In this document: in pieces, positions 8,250 through 18,014 of the stretch
Position numbering within the stretch: position 1 is the first letter of the stretch
How the letters are laid out: each line of letters begins with the position of its first letter
Assembly: GCA_965214605.1 (NCBI GenBank)
Contig: OZ243961.1
Span: forward strand, 3,744,001 to 3,808,000
Source of the DNA: an uncultured Candidatus Binatia bacterium
Lineage (GTDB): Bacteria; Desulfobacterota; Binatia; Bin18
DNA length: 64,000 nt
Direction of reading: 5' to 3'
The notes under the pieces: model-generated
What the model saw: the letters and a program-made list of their open reading frames with translations, nothing else
Told to the model about the DNA's origin: nothing
Database searches by the model: none
Position numbers and translations under genes: made by a program

Positions 8250-11200
8250 GTGGGGGTGAAGACCAACGAGACCCCTCGTAACGGTATTACGATTACCGGC
8301 GCACGCCAAAACAATCTCAAAAATCTGGATATCGACATCCCCCTGAATCGGCTAACTGTCGTCACCGGGGTGAGTGGCTCGGGTAAGTCGAGCCTGGCCT
8401 TTGATATCTTGTATGCCGAGGGACAACGCCGCTATGTCGAGAGCTTTTCGGCCTATGCCCGTCAGTTCCTAGAGCGCATGGATAAGCCGCAGGCCGAGAA
8501 AATTGAGGGTATCCTGCCGGCTATTGCCATTGACCAAAACCGCCCGGTTCGGACTTCGCGTTCGACCGTCGGCACAATGACCGAACTGCACGACCATCTC
8601 AAGCTCTTATTTGCCAAGATTGGGGTGTTATATTGCCGCCAGTGCGGTCAGCCGGTCGAGCGTGATTCTGCCGAGTCGGTTTTCAGAAAGCTGTCCCAGC
8701 AGCAGCCCGAGGGTACACGCTTTTATGTCACTTTCAGCGTCTCTGTCCCGAGTACGCTGGCCTGGAGCGAAATCCGGGACGGCTTTGTCCGGACAGGGTT
8801 CTACCGCCTGCTTGTGGCTGGTACGCTCCTCGATATCCAGGAACTAGAAGCGCGGCCCGAGGGACTGGCCGATCAGCAACAGTGTACCGTTCTGGTCGAT
8901 CGCTTACGCCTCAGCCCGCGCAACAAAAAACGGACCCATGATTCGTTGGAGCAGGCCTTTCAGTACGGCAAGGGACGGTTGAGTCTTGTCTTTCCCGATG
9001 CTGGGCACGCCGAGCAGGCCTTTTCCAACCGACTGGAGTGCGCGGCGTGTCAGATCGTGTATAAAGAACCGATTCCCAATCTGTTCTCGTTTAACAGTCC
9101 GCTCGGCGCGTGCGAGAAGTGCAAGGGCTTTGGCCGGACGATTGATCTTGACCTGGAGTTGGTTGTCCCTGACTCGGGCCTATCGCTCCAGGACGGCGCC
9201 ATCAAACCATGGCGGATTAAGGCCGCTCAGTCGGAGCGGCGCGAACTGTTCGCGTTCTGCAAACAGCGGCGTATTCCGACTACTGTCCCGTGGCAAGACC
9301 TCAGCTCTGAGCAGCAACGGCTGATTCTAGACGGTGACGGTGAGTATTACGGAGTACGGGGCTGGTTTCAGTGGTTAGAGACCAAGACCTATAAGATGCA
9401 CGTCCGGGTGTTCTTGGCCCGCTATCGGGGCTATTTCCCATGCGACGCCTGTCACGGTGCCCGCCTCAAACCCGCATCCCTGCTGTACCGGGTTGGCGGT
9501 AAGACGCTGTCGGAAATCAACCTGCTCAGTGTGGGGGCGTGTTCGGAGTTTTTTGACGGCTTACAGCTGTCGGCCTTTCAGGATCAGGTCGCCCAACTCA
9601 TTCTGGCTGAGATTCGTAAGCGGCTGCACTATCTGGTCGAGGTCGGCGTGGAATACCTCACCCTGGACCGGCAGTCCCGAACCCTGTCCGGCGGGGAGCT
9701 GGAGCGGGTCGATCTGACCACTGCCCTCGGCTCGGCTCTGGTCAATACCCTGTATATTTTGGACGAACCCTCAATCGGTCTGCACCCGCGTGACAGCCAC
9801 CGGCTAGTCCGTATCCTGCAAAATCTGCGCGACAATGGGAATACGGTTGTAGTGGTCGAACATGACCCAGAGGTCATTAAAGAGGCCGATCATATTCTTG
9901 ATCTGGGACCGCTGGCCGGAGAGCAGGGCGGGCAGATTGTCTTCTCCGGTCCGTATAAAAAGATTCTCGCCGACAAACGGTCGCTGACCGGTAAATATCT
10001 CTCCCAGCGTCTGAGTATTCGGGTGCCTCAAACGCGTCGGGTGACCCAGCCTGGTCAGGCGCTGACCATTCTCAAGGCCGGGGCACACAATCTGAAAAAC
10101 ATCGATGTTGAAATCCCGCTGGGCTGCATGGTGTGTCTGACCGGGGTGTCGGGTTCGGGCAAATCAACGCTGGTTGAAGACGTGTTGTACCGGGGGTTGA
10201 AAAAGCGTTGGGGCGAGTCGGTCGGGATTCCCGGCCAGTGTCAGGATATTGTGGGGACCGAGCACCTTGCCGACGTGATTTTTGTCGATCAGAGCCAGAT
10301 CGGGACAACACCACGGGCAAATCTGCTGACCTATACACGAGCTTTTGAGCCGCTACGGCGTCTGTTGGCCGATACCGAGCTGGCTAAGCTGCGCGGCTAT
10401 ACCAGCGGAACCTTCTCTTTCAACGTTGAGGGCGGTCGGTGCGAGACGTGTAAGGGCGAGGGTTTTGAAAAGGTTGAGATGCAGTTTTTGTCTGATGTCT
10501 ACGTGCCGTGCCCGGAATGCCAGGGACGGCGCTTTCGCGCCGAGGTCTTGGAGGTCCGCTACCAGGGGAAGAACCTGACCGATATGATGGCCATGACAGT
10601 CAACGAGGCGTTGACGTTTTTTGCCGGTAAGACCGAACTGCAACGGCGCCTGTCTTCGCTAGCGGCCGTCGGTCTCAATTACGTCCGCTTAGGTCAGTCG
10701 TTGACGACCCTGTCCGGTGGAGAAGCACAGCGTTTAAAACTCGCCGCCCATATTGGCCGCGAAAAGACCCACACCGATCAGCCGGGCAAGACCCTGTTTA
10801 TCTTTGATGAGCCAACGACCGGTCTACATTTTGCCGATATTCAGAAGCTGCTGACCGCGTTTGAGAGTTTAGTTGAACGCGGCCACTCGGTCCTCATTAT
10901 CGAACATAATATGGACGTGATTAAGTGTGCTGATTATGTCATTGACCTCGGTCCGGAGGGCGGCGACGGGGGTGGCGAGGTGGTGGCACGAGGGACACCG
11001 GAGGCGGTGGCGCGGATCAAGCGGTCGCATACCGGGCGCTATCTTGCCCAGGTCTTGAGAGAAGCCAAACTGGGGCACAAGGCCGGAGACACAAGGCCGG
11101 GGGCACAAGGCCGGGGGCACAAGGCAAAAGCTCGGCGGTCTCCGAGCCCCAGCTCCGCTATTTGTGTGGTCGGGGCCAAGGAGCACAATCTGCAGGATAT

Positions 11201-13919
11201 TTCGCTCAATATTCCTCGGGATGAGATGATCGTGGTCACTGGGCTGTCCGGGTCGGGCAAGTCTACGCTGGTGTTTGACATTGTGTATGCCGAGGGACAG
11301 CGTCGCTATATCGACAGCCTGTCGGCCTATTCGCGCCAGTTCATCAAGGTCTTGGCCAAACCGAATGTTGATCTGCTGACGGGTATTCCACCAACGGTTG
11401 CGATTGAACAGCGGATGAGCCGAGGCGGCCGAAACTCGACCGTGGCCACGGTGACCGAAATCTCGCACTATCTCAGGCTGCTCTATGCCAAGATCGGCGT
11501 GCAACACTGTGTGGTGTGCGGCCAGCCCCTGTCCGCTCAGAGCCGCAGCCAAATTTTTGAGCTGGTCCAAACCGACTTTAGCGGCCAACGGTTCACTGTT
11601 CTGGCTCCGGTTGTACGCGGCCGCAAGGGGTTTCATAAAGATGTTTTGGCCGGTGCACGCAAGCTGGGCTTTATGCAGGCCCGCATTGACGGCCAGATTG
11701 CCGAAATTCGGCCGAACATGAGTCTGGCTCGCTTTAAGGAGCACGATATTGAGATTGTGATTGGTCAGGTTGAGCTAGACCGCACGACTCAGCGGCTTGA
11801 AAGCCTGCTCCAGGACGCGCTCCGGATGGGCAATGGCGCGGTCCATATTGTGGGTAGTGAGACAGAGCGCATTTACAGCGAGAAGTTATTCTGCGTGCCA
11901 TGCGGTTTGGGCTATGAGGAGCTTGACCCGCGGATGTTCTCGTTTAATAGCCGCCAGGGGGCGTGTCCCGAGTGTAGTGGCCAGGGGCTTCGGTGGGAGT
12001 TTGACCCTCAGTTGCTGGTTCCTGATGCCCACAAATCACTCCAACAGGACGCGCTCTTGCCGCTGCTCGAAGTCGGGCTGAGACGGCAGTCGGCGCGTTT
12101 ACTGCGCGGCCTAAAGAAACACCGGGTGCCCCTAGATAAACCTTTTGGGCAGCTGACCGACAAACAGCGCCAGCTTGTCTTTCACGGCAATGACAAGGGC
12201 CTGCGGGGCGTGCTTGATATCCTGGGTGAGATCCTGACCGAGGGGGGCGAGACAGGTGGGGGCGGGGCCTTTTCCCTCTCACAGTTTCTCAGTCAGGTGC
12301 CGTGTTCGGGCTGTAAAGGTGCTCGGCTCAACGCTCGGGCCCGGGCCGTCCATGTCAAGGGCAAGGCCGTCTGGCAGCTTATGCAGATGTCGGTTACCGA
12401 CTGTCTGCGTCATATGGCTGACCTGTCCCTGGCCGGTCGTGAGCGGCTGATTGGCGAGCCAATCCTCAAAGAGATCATACCGCGTTTGTCTTTTCTCATG
12501 GAGGTCGGCCTGTCCTACCTGGCCCTTGATCGCCGCGCTGATACCTTGTCTGGTGGTGAGGCGCAGCGGATCCGTCTGGCCGCCCAGCTTGGCTCGAACC
12601 TGCGCGGGGTGTGCTATATCCTGGATGAACCCACCATCGGCCTCCATCCGCGCGATAATGAACGCCTGCTGGCGACTCTGCGCGGCCTGCAAGAGCGGGG
12701 CAATACCGTGCTGGTGGTCGAGCACGACGAGCAAACGATTGCTAATGCTGATGTGGTGATCGACCTCGGGCCGGGAGCGGGTACGCACGGCGGAAAAGTG
12801 GTGGCAATCGGCGCTCCAAACGAGTTACGCCACAATCCCGAGTCGCTGACTGGACAATTCTTGCAGGTCGCCCATCCTCGGCTCGGTCCGCTCCGCTCGC
12901 TGGAGGACAGGCCGCGCCTCTTCATTCGGGGCGCGCGCGAGCACAACCTGCAGAATATTGATGTGGAGCTGCCGATCGGCACCTGGGTGTGCATGACGGG
13001 TGTCTCGGGCTCAGGCAAAAGCTCACTGATCCAGGAAGTGCTGGTCAAGGGCCTCAGAAAACAGATGGGCCGCTTTGTCGGCCGGACAGGCATGCACGAT
13101 CGGATTGAGGGGGCTGAACCTATTGAGCGGGTAGTTGAGGTCGATCAGACGCCGATCGGGAAAACGCCGCGCTCAGTGCCGGCCTCCTACGTCGGACTGT
13201 GGGATGAGGTCCGTAAGCTCTTCTCAATGCTGCCCGAATCGCGCCTGCGGGGCTATAAGCCGGGTCGATTCTCGTTCAACGTCAAGGGCGGGCGGTGTGA
13301 AGCGTGCGCAGGCCAGGGGCGGCTGAAGATGGAGATGAGCTTTCTCCCCGAGGTGTATGTTAATTGCGAGGTGTGCGGCGGGCTACGTTACAACGAAGAG
13401 ACGCTTGAGATTGCCTATAATGGTAAGAACATTGCCGATGTCCTACACATGACGATTGAAGAGGCCGCCACATTTTTCCTGGGCGTGCCCAAAGTTGCCG
13501 GCCCGCTGCGACTACTGAACGATATCGGTATGGGCTACATCACGCTGGGCCAGGCCAGCAACACCCTGTCCGGGGGAGAGGCCCAGCGCATTAAATTGGC
13601 GTACGAGCTAGCTAAAGAGTCCCGGGGCAAGACTCTGTACGTCCTGGATGAACCCACCACAGGGCTGCACTTCGCCGATATCGAGAAGCTCATCACGACT
13701 CTGCATCGCCTAGTTGACAAGGGCAATACGGTGGTCACTATTGAGCACAACCTGGACATCATCAAAGAGGCCGACTATATCATCGACCTCGGCCCGGAGG
13801 GTGGTGAGGGCGGCGGCCAGATCGTGGCCTGCGGCCCGCCCCAGGACATCGTGCGCCACAGCAAGCGCTCGCATACCGCCCGCCATCTGCGGGAGTATAT
13901 GCAGGGGGCGGTCGGTTGA
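8250..13919 (+). CDS. uvrA: Excinuclease ABC subunit A, tandem-fused double UvrA (1889 aa)
   Basis: Four Walker A motifs (GVSGSGKS x3, GLSGSGKS), four LSGGE signatures, two YAEGQRRY motifs, FSFNS...GAC and FSFNV.GGRCE.C zinc modules twice. Confidence 0.95.
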   Translation: MGVKTNETPRNGITITGARQNNLKNLDIDIPLNRLTVVTGVSGSGKSSLAFDILYAEGQRRYVESFSAYARQFLERMDKPQAEKIEGILPAIAIDQNRPVRTSRSTVGTMTELHDHLKLLFAKIGVLYCRQCGQPVERDSAESVFRKLSQQQPEGTRFYVTFSVSVPSTLAWSEIRDGFVRTGFYRLLVAGTLLDIQELEARPEGLADQQQCTVLVDRLRLSPRNKKRTHDSLEQAFQYGKGRLSLVFPDAGHAEQAFSNRLECAACQIVYKEPIPNLFSFNSPLGACEKCKGFGRTIDLDLELVVPDSGLSLQDGAIKPWRIKAAQSERRELFAFCKQRRIPTTVPWQDLSSEQQRLILDGDGEYYGVRGWFQWLETKTYKMHVRVFLARYRGYFPCDACHGARLKPASLLYRVGGKTLSEINLLSVGACSEFFDGLQLSAFQDQVAQLILAEIRKRLHYLVEVGVEYLTLDRQSRTLSGGELERVDLTTALGSALVNTLYILDEPSIGLHPRDSHRLVRILQNLRDNGNTVVVVEHDPEVIKEADHILDLGPLAGEQGGQIVFSGPYKKILADKRSLTGKYLSQRLSIRVPQTRRVTQPGQALTILKAGAHNLKNIDVEIPLGCMVCLTGVSGSGKSTLVEDVLYRGLKKRWGESVGIPGQCQDIVGTEHLADVIFVDQSQIGTTPRANLLTYTRAFEPLRRLLADTELAKLRGYTSGTFSFNVEGGRCETCKGEGFEKVEMQFLSDVYVPCPECQGRRFRAEVLEVRYQGKNLTDMMAMTVNEALTFFAGKTELQRRLSSLAAVGLNYVRLGQSLTTLSGGEAQRLKLAAHIGREKTHTDQPGKTLFIFDEPTTGLHFADIQKLLTAFESLVERGHSVLIIEHNMDVIKCADYVIDLGPEGGDGGGEVVARGTPEAVARIKRSHTGRYLAQVLREAKLGHKAGDTRPGAQGRGHKAKARRSPSPSSAICVVGAKEHNLQDISLNIPRDEMIVVTGLSGSGKSTLVFDIVYAEGQRRYIDSLSAYSRQFIKVLAKPNVDLLTGIPPTVAIEQRMSRGGRNSTVATVTEISHYLRLLYAKIGVQHCVVCGQPLSAQSRSQIFELVQTDFSGQRFTVLAPVVRGRKGFHKDVLAGARKLGFMQARIDGQIAEIRPNMSLARFKEHDIEIVIGQVELDRTTQRLESLLQDALRMGNGAVHIVGSETERIYSEKLFCVPCGLGYEELDPRMFSFNSRQGACPECSGQGLRWEFDPQLLVPDAHKSLQQDALLPLLEVGLRRQSARLLRGLKKHRVPLDKPFGQLTDKQRQLVFHGNDKGLRGVLDILGEILTEGGETGGGGAFSLSQFLSQVPCSGCKGARLNARARAVHVKGKAVWQLMQMSVTDCLRHMADLSLAGRERLIGEPILKEIIPRLSFLMEVGLSYLALDRRADTLSGGEAQRIRLAAQLGSNLRGVCYILDEPTIGLHPRDNERLLATLRGLQERGNTVLVVEHDEQTIANADVVIDLGPGAGTHGGKVVAIGAPNELRHNPESLTGQFLQVAHPRLGPLRSLEDRPRLFIRGAREHNLQNIDVELPIGTWVCMTGVSGSGKSSLIQEVLVKGLRKQMGRFVGRTGMHDRIEGAEPIERVVEVDQTPIGKTPRSVPASYVGLWDEVRKLFSMLPESRLRGYKPGRFSFNVKGGRCEACAGQGRLKMEMSFLPEVYVNCEVCGGLRYNEETLEIAYNGKNIADVLHMTIEEAATFFLGVPKVAGPLRLLNDIGMGYITLGQASNTLSGGEAQRIKLAYELAKESRGKTLYVLDEPTTGLHFADIEKLITTLHRLVDKGNTVVTIEHNLDIIKEADYIIDLGPEGGEGGGQIVACGPPQDIVRHSKRSHTARHLREYMQGAVG
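11071..11126 (+). repeat. Four tandem 14-bp units in the linker between the UvrA halves
   Basis: tggggcacaaggcc ggagacacaaggcc gggggcacaaggcc gggggcacaaggca. Confidence 0.9.
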
Positions 13920-13951
13920 GAGATGGGATTATCCGACACATGGAGGTCAAC

Positions 13952-14368
13952 ATGCCACGCGGTCCAGTTGAGCAGCACATGGAGGACGCCGCCCGCACCT
14001 ATTTTGTGTGTGTGACCAAGGGCGATGTTGAAGGGATTTTGGCTTTATTCGCCGACGATGCGTGGCTGATCAACCCGATGACCGGAGAAGAGGGCATCCG
14101 GGGGAAGGCGATGCTGCGAGCGTTTTATCAGCAGCTTGTTTCAAGTCTGGTGGATTACCACGCCGCTCCGACCGATATTGTGATTGAGGACAACAAGCTT
14201 ATTGCACCCCTGCGCCTAGTTGGTAAGACCTCGGACGGTAAATCGATTGAGATGAATAATCTCAATTTTTGGACCTTTGAGAACGGCAAGTTCAAAACCT
14301 TGCGGATTTATATGGACACCTATCCGTACCGCCAAGCCCTGAGCCAAGCGCTGGGGGGAGGGCAATAG
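13952..14368 (+). CDS. NTF2/SnoaL-like family protein
   Basis: GDVEGILALFADDAWLINP...IRGKAMLRAFY...WTFENGKFKTLRIYMD pattern; GGAGG RBS before the ATG at 13952. Confidence 0.82.
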   Translation: MPRGPVEQHMEDAARTYFVCVTKGDVEGILALFADDAWLINPMTGEEGIRGKAMLRAFYQQLVSSLVDYHAAPTDIVIEDNKLIAPLRLVGKTSDGKSIEMNNLNFWTFENGKFKTLRIYMDTYPYRQALSQALGGGQ

Positions 14369-14394
14369 GGGGATGAAGAAGGGGTGGGTCCCGG

Positions 14395-15180
14395 TCAGAC
14401 CTGTGGCTTGCGGTTTGCCCGATAGAGTTCGAGCGAGACGTTGAATGTCCCGTCCTCCAGAGCCATGGCCCGGGCTTGATGAATCGCGCCAGCCAGCGCC
14501 TCGGCATCCAGGTCCCAGGCACGGTGTAAGAGCTGTTTGGCTCCTGCCGCGGCCTTGCCACCCAATCGGAGGCAACGGTCAATCAGCGCGCCCGTTTCGG
14601 CCTCCAAGTCTCCAGGCTCAACCAGCCGTGTCAGCAGACCCCAGCGATCTGCCTCGGCGGCGCTGAAACGCTGACCTAGCAGCACAATTTCTTTGGCCTT
14701 GGCCAGCCCGATCAGCTGGGGCAGACGGTACGGCTGGCCGACATCGGGCGGCGTGCCGTATAAGACCTGGGGCAGGGCAAAAAAAGCCGAGGTTGTCGCA
14801 ATCCGAAAATCGCAGGCTAACACCAGCTCCATGCCGGCCCCCAGGCACGGCCCGTGTATAGCCGCAATAGTCAGTTGCTCGACCCCCTCAAGCTTGTCAA
14901 GCGCCTGGCCCCAGGGCGCCCAGAGCGCCTGGAGGGCGTCACTGTTGTTGGGTCTGTGGGCGGCGGCCATCAGATCCATACCCGAACAAAAGCCGCGTCC
15001 CTCGGCTTTGAGAACGACGATGCGCAAACCTGGGGCGTGTTGTAGGGCGCTACACGCCTGTTTGAAGTCGGCGATGAGTTGACCATTGACGGCGTTGAGG
15101 ACCGCCGGGCGGTCGAGAACCAGAAAGCCGACCCGTTCGTCGTGTTCGGCTGTCTCAAAGCGGAGTGTGTCCCATTCCAT
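14395..15180 (-). CDS. Enoyl-CoA hydratase/isomerase (crotonase superfamily)
   Basis: LDRPAVLNA, GFCSGMDL, IAAIHGPCLGAGMELVLACDFRIA, IGLAKAKEIVLLG. Confidence 0.9.
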   Translation of the reverse strand: MEWDTLRFETAEHDERVGFLVLDRPAVLNAVNGQLIADFKQACSALQHAPGLRIVVLKAEGRGFCSGMDLMAAAHRPNNSDALQALWAPWGQALDKLEGVEQLTIAAIHGPCLGAGMELVLACDFRIATTSAFFALPQVLYGTPPDVGQPYRLPQLIGLAKAKEIVLLGQRFSAAEADRWGLLTRLVEPGDLEAETGALIDRCLRLGGKAAAGAKQLLHRAWDLDAEALAGAIHQARAMALEDGTFNVSLELYRANRKPQV

Positions 15181-15367
15181 ACTCTTTCTCCCCTATGCTA
15201 GGATACAACATAGCAGAGCGCTGCGGAATTTGACACGTCCGGACTGCCCTGTCTTAAAGAAACGGGCAGGCTCTGGTAAGACAGGACAGGTCGATATTGC
15301 TGCGCCGGGCACTCGCGGCCCGACCGGCGGTCGGCAAGTCTACTGACAAGGAGACATGGCGTAACTC

Positions 15368-16366
15368 ATGGTACGACAGACACTCAGTCAACTACTCGAA
15401 AATATGACATCCGGGAGTACCGTTGCCCTGGCCCGACTGATGACTTTGGTCGAACGCGAGGGCCGAGAGGTCGGTCCCATTCTTGAGGCCATTGCTCCAC
15501 AGCTCGGTCATGCTTTCACCATTGGGGTGACCGGCCCGCCGGGCGCCGGGAAATCCAGCCTGGTCGACGGCTTAACCACGCTGATGCGTGCCGCCCAAAA
15601 GACGGTCGGGGTGGTGGCGGTTGACCCGTCGAGCCCCTTTTCCGGGGGAGCACTATTGGGGGACCGCATCCGGATGGGCCAGCACTATCTGGATAAGGGC
15701 GTGTTTATTCGCAGCATGGCCACACGCGGCAGTCATGGCGGTCTCGCTCGTGCTACGCTCGATGTGATGAAACTCCTCGACGCCTTTCGGTGCGATTACG
15801 TGTTGGTCGAGACGGTGGGGGTCGGCCAAACCGAGCTCGACGTGATGCGAGCGACCGATACGGTGATCGTCACCCTGGTGCCGGAGGCTGGCGATAGCGT
15901 TCAGGTCATGAAGGCTGGGTTGATGGAAATCGCCGATATTTTTGTTGTTAATAAGGCCGACCGTGATGGGGCACAGCGCATGATGACCGATCTGACGCTG
16001 ATGCTCGAACTCAAGTACAGTAACCAACCCGCCGACCAAGCCGAGGGCCCGCCGTGGCAAATTCCCGTCTTAGCCACCCAGGCGATCCATTCGATCGGGT
16101 TAGCTGAACTCGCTCAGGCGATTGAGTCCCACCATCAATTTTTAACCCACAAGGGAGAACTGGAACGCCGGCGGACCGTCCGACGGCGGGAAGAATTGCT
16201 GGCCCGGGTTGAGTACGAGGTACGGCGTCGCTTGAGCAACCAACTTGAGCTTGACCCGGCCCTCGCCCGCCTATTTGAGGAAGTTGGGTCGGGCAGGCTA
16301 GACCCCCATAGCGCATCCGAGAAGATTCTGAAGAGCGAATTTCTGAAGAATGGAGGAGAGTTATGA
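15368..16366 (+). CDS. meaB: Methylmalonyl-CoA mutase-associated GTPase MeaB
   Basis: GVTGPPGAGKSS, AVDPSSPFSGGALLGDRIRM, FIRSMATRG, ETVGVGQ, VVNKAD. Confidence 0.95.
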   Translation: MVRQTLSQLLENMTSGSTVALARLMTLVEREGREVGPILEAIAPQLGHAFTIGVTGPPGAGKSSLVDGLTTLMRAAQKTVGVVAVDPSSPFSGGALLGDRIRMGQHYLDKGVFIRSMATRGSHGGLARATLDVMKLLDAFRCDYVLVETVGVGQTELDVMRATDTVIVTLVPEAGDSVQVMKAGLMEIADIFVVNKADRDGAQRMMTDLTLMLELKYSNQPADQAEGPPWQIPVLATQAIHSIGLAELAQAIESHHQFLTHKGELERRRTVRRREELLARVEYEVRRRLSNQLELDPALARLFEEVGSGRLDPHSASEKILKSEFLKNGGEL

Positions 16367-17457
16367 AAGCAGCCATTTTATACGAACTCAACGCCCCGGT
16401 CCAGGTCGAGGATGTTGATCTAGACAGCCCTAAGGCAGGCGAGGTTCGGGTCAAAATCGCGGCGAATGGCGTGTGTCATAGCGACTATTCGGTCATTCAC
16501 GGGGTTCTACGTTCGCCTCTGCCGGTGGTGCTAGGTCACGAGGGGGCCGGTGTTGTTGAGGAGGTCGGACCTGGGGTGAACCTAGTCAAGGCCGGCGATC
16601 ATGTCGTGTTATCGTTCGCGCCCTACTGCGGCCGCTGCTATTACTGCTCGATCGGTAGCCCGGTCCTGTGCACCAATATGCGCATGACGATGGGAAAGGG
16701 CTCCCTGTTGGATGGAACGTGCCGCTTGAAGAAGCACGGCAAAGAGATTCACCATATGGCTGGGCTGTCGAGTTTTGCCGAGTACGCCGTGGTTGATCAG
16801 ACGGCGTGTATTCCAATTCCCGACAACGTTCCCCTCGATAAGGCCTGCCTAGTCGGCTGCGGGGTGATGACCGGCCTGGGAGCTGCCACCAACACAGCCA
16901 AGGTCCAACCCGGTAGCAGCGCAGTGGTCATTGGCTGCGGCGGTGTTGGCCTGAACACGATTCAGGGCTGTGTCCTGGCTGGGGCTAGCACGATCATCGC
17001 CGTTGATCTGATGGATAACAAACTCGAGTTTGCCAAAGAGTTTGGCGCAACCCATACGATTAACCCCGGCCGGGAAGAGCTCGTTAGGACAGTCCGGGGG
17101 CTGACCGAGGGACGTGGGGCTGACTATGCGTTTGAGGTCATCGGGCTGGGCAAAACGATTGAGCAGGCCTATGCGTGTACTCGCCAGGGAGGGATGACCG
17201 TTGTGGTCGGCGCCCCCTCGCGAGAAGATACGGTCACCATTCCGGCTGCAAGCCTGCTGACCGAGAAATCCATCAAGGGATCGCTGTACGGCTCGACGCG
17301 GCCCCGGGTAGACATGCCGCGGCTGATTGAGCTGTATATGAATAAGCGCATCAAGCTCGATGAGCTGGTGACCAGAACTTACTCCCTGGACGAAATTAAC
17401 GACGCTATGGACGCGTTGGAAAAGGGTGAGGTGGCGCGTAGTGTGGTGGTCATGTAG
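16363..17457 (+). CDS. Zn-dependent alcohol dehydrogenase (class III-like MDR)
   Basis: GVCHSD, GHEGAG, structural Zn motif CGRCYYC...C, GCGVMTG, GCGGVG; overlaps the meaB stop (ATGA). Confidence 0.93.
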   Translation: MKAAILYELNAPVQVEDVDLDSPKAGEVRVKIAANGVCHSDYSVIHGVLRSPLPVVLGHEGAGVVEEVGPGVNLVKAGDHVVLSFAPYCGRCYYCSIGSPVLCTNMRMTMGKGSLLDGTCRLKKHGKEIHHMAGLSSFAEYAVVDQTACIPIPDNVPLDKACLVGCGVMTGLGAATNTAKVQPGSSAVVIGCGGVGLNTIQGCVLAGASTIIAVDLMDNKLEFAKEFGATHTINPGREELVRTVRGLTEGRGADYAFEVIGLGKTIEQAYACTRQGGMTVVVGAPSREDTVTIPAASLLTEKSIKGSLYGSTRPRVDMPRLIELYMNKRIKLDELVTRTYSLDEINDAMDALEKGEVARSVVVM

Positions 17458-17504
17458 CGGGCGAAGCCTGGTACATGAGACGGACGGGGTCTGCCCACTC
17501 TGTG

Positions 17505-17842
17505 CTGCAGCGGTGCTGCCTCGGAGACTTTTCTATAGTCCTGAATCGGCCCGTCCCGCATCTTGAACACATTCGCAAGCGGAACGCTGAGTTGGCTACT
17601 GTCCTGACGGATATCGGTCACCTGACCGCGTCGGGCTGTTGTCAGGTATCAAGTACCTGGTGCCGGATTGCTTTGATGCTGGCTAAAAAACCGGCCACGG
17701 CCTCCCGTGCCGCGTCTTTACCTCTGACCGGCTCGGCGTTGGCAAATACAAAATTTGCGGTGGAGGTCAAAAACGAGGCGAAACCGACCGGGTCCTTGCT
17801 CTTGAGAGTGTGAAAGAGTTCTCGAATCCAAATAGGGATATA
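17505..17842 (-). pseudogene. NTF2/SnoaL-like pseudogene
   Basis: WIRELFHTLKSKDPVGFASFLTSTANFVFANAEPVRGKDAAREAVAGFLASIKAIRHQVLDT*QQPDAV, then a frameshift to QVTDIRQDSSQLSVPLANVFKMRDGPIQDYR; in-frame TGA at 17642-17644 and no start codon. Confidence 0.75.
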
Positions 17843-18014
17843 GACTGGCTATCCTTGCCTATCTTGCAATCTCGCTCTCGTTCCCATTCTGACAATTTTC
17901 CCCGCGTATCGAAACAGCTCTCTTTTCCGTTGTAAAGCCCCTGTTGTCCTGCTAGACAGGGATGACGTTTGGGCTAATGAAGCGAAACGCCTTGGCCCTA
18001 TGAGGAGCATATGT

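Noticed and set aside
8140-8250. LexA/SOS box upstream of uvrA
   Set aside because: No match to the LexA motifs I know (CTGT-N8-ACAG, GAAC-N4-GTTC, GTTC-N7-GTTC)
10869-11744. 291-aa minus-strand ORF inside uvrA
   Set aside because: Antisense shadow with no recognisable domain or RBS
17642-17644. In-frame TGA as selenocysteine or recoding
   Set aside because: It falls where Trp is expected and comes with a frameshift and a lost start codon; intact genes in the window use TGA as stop
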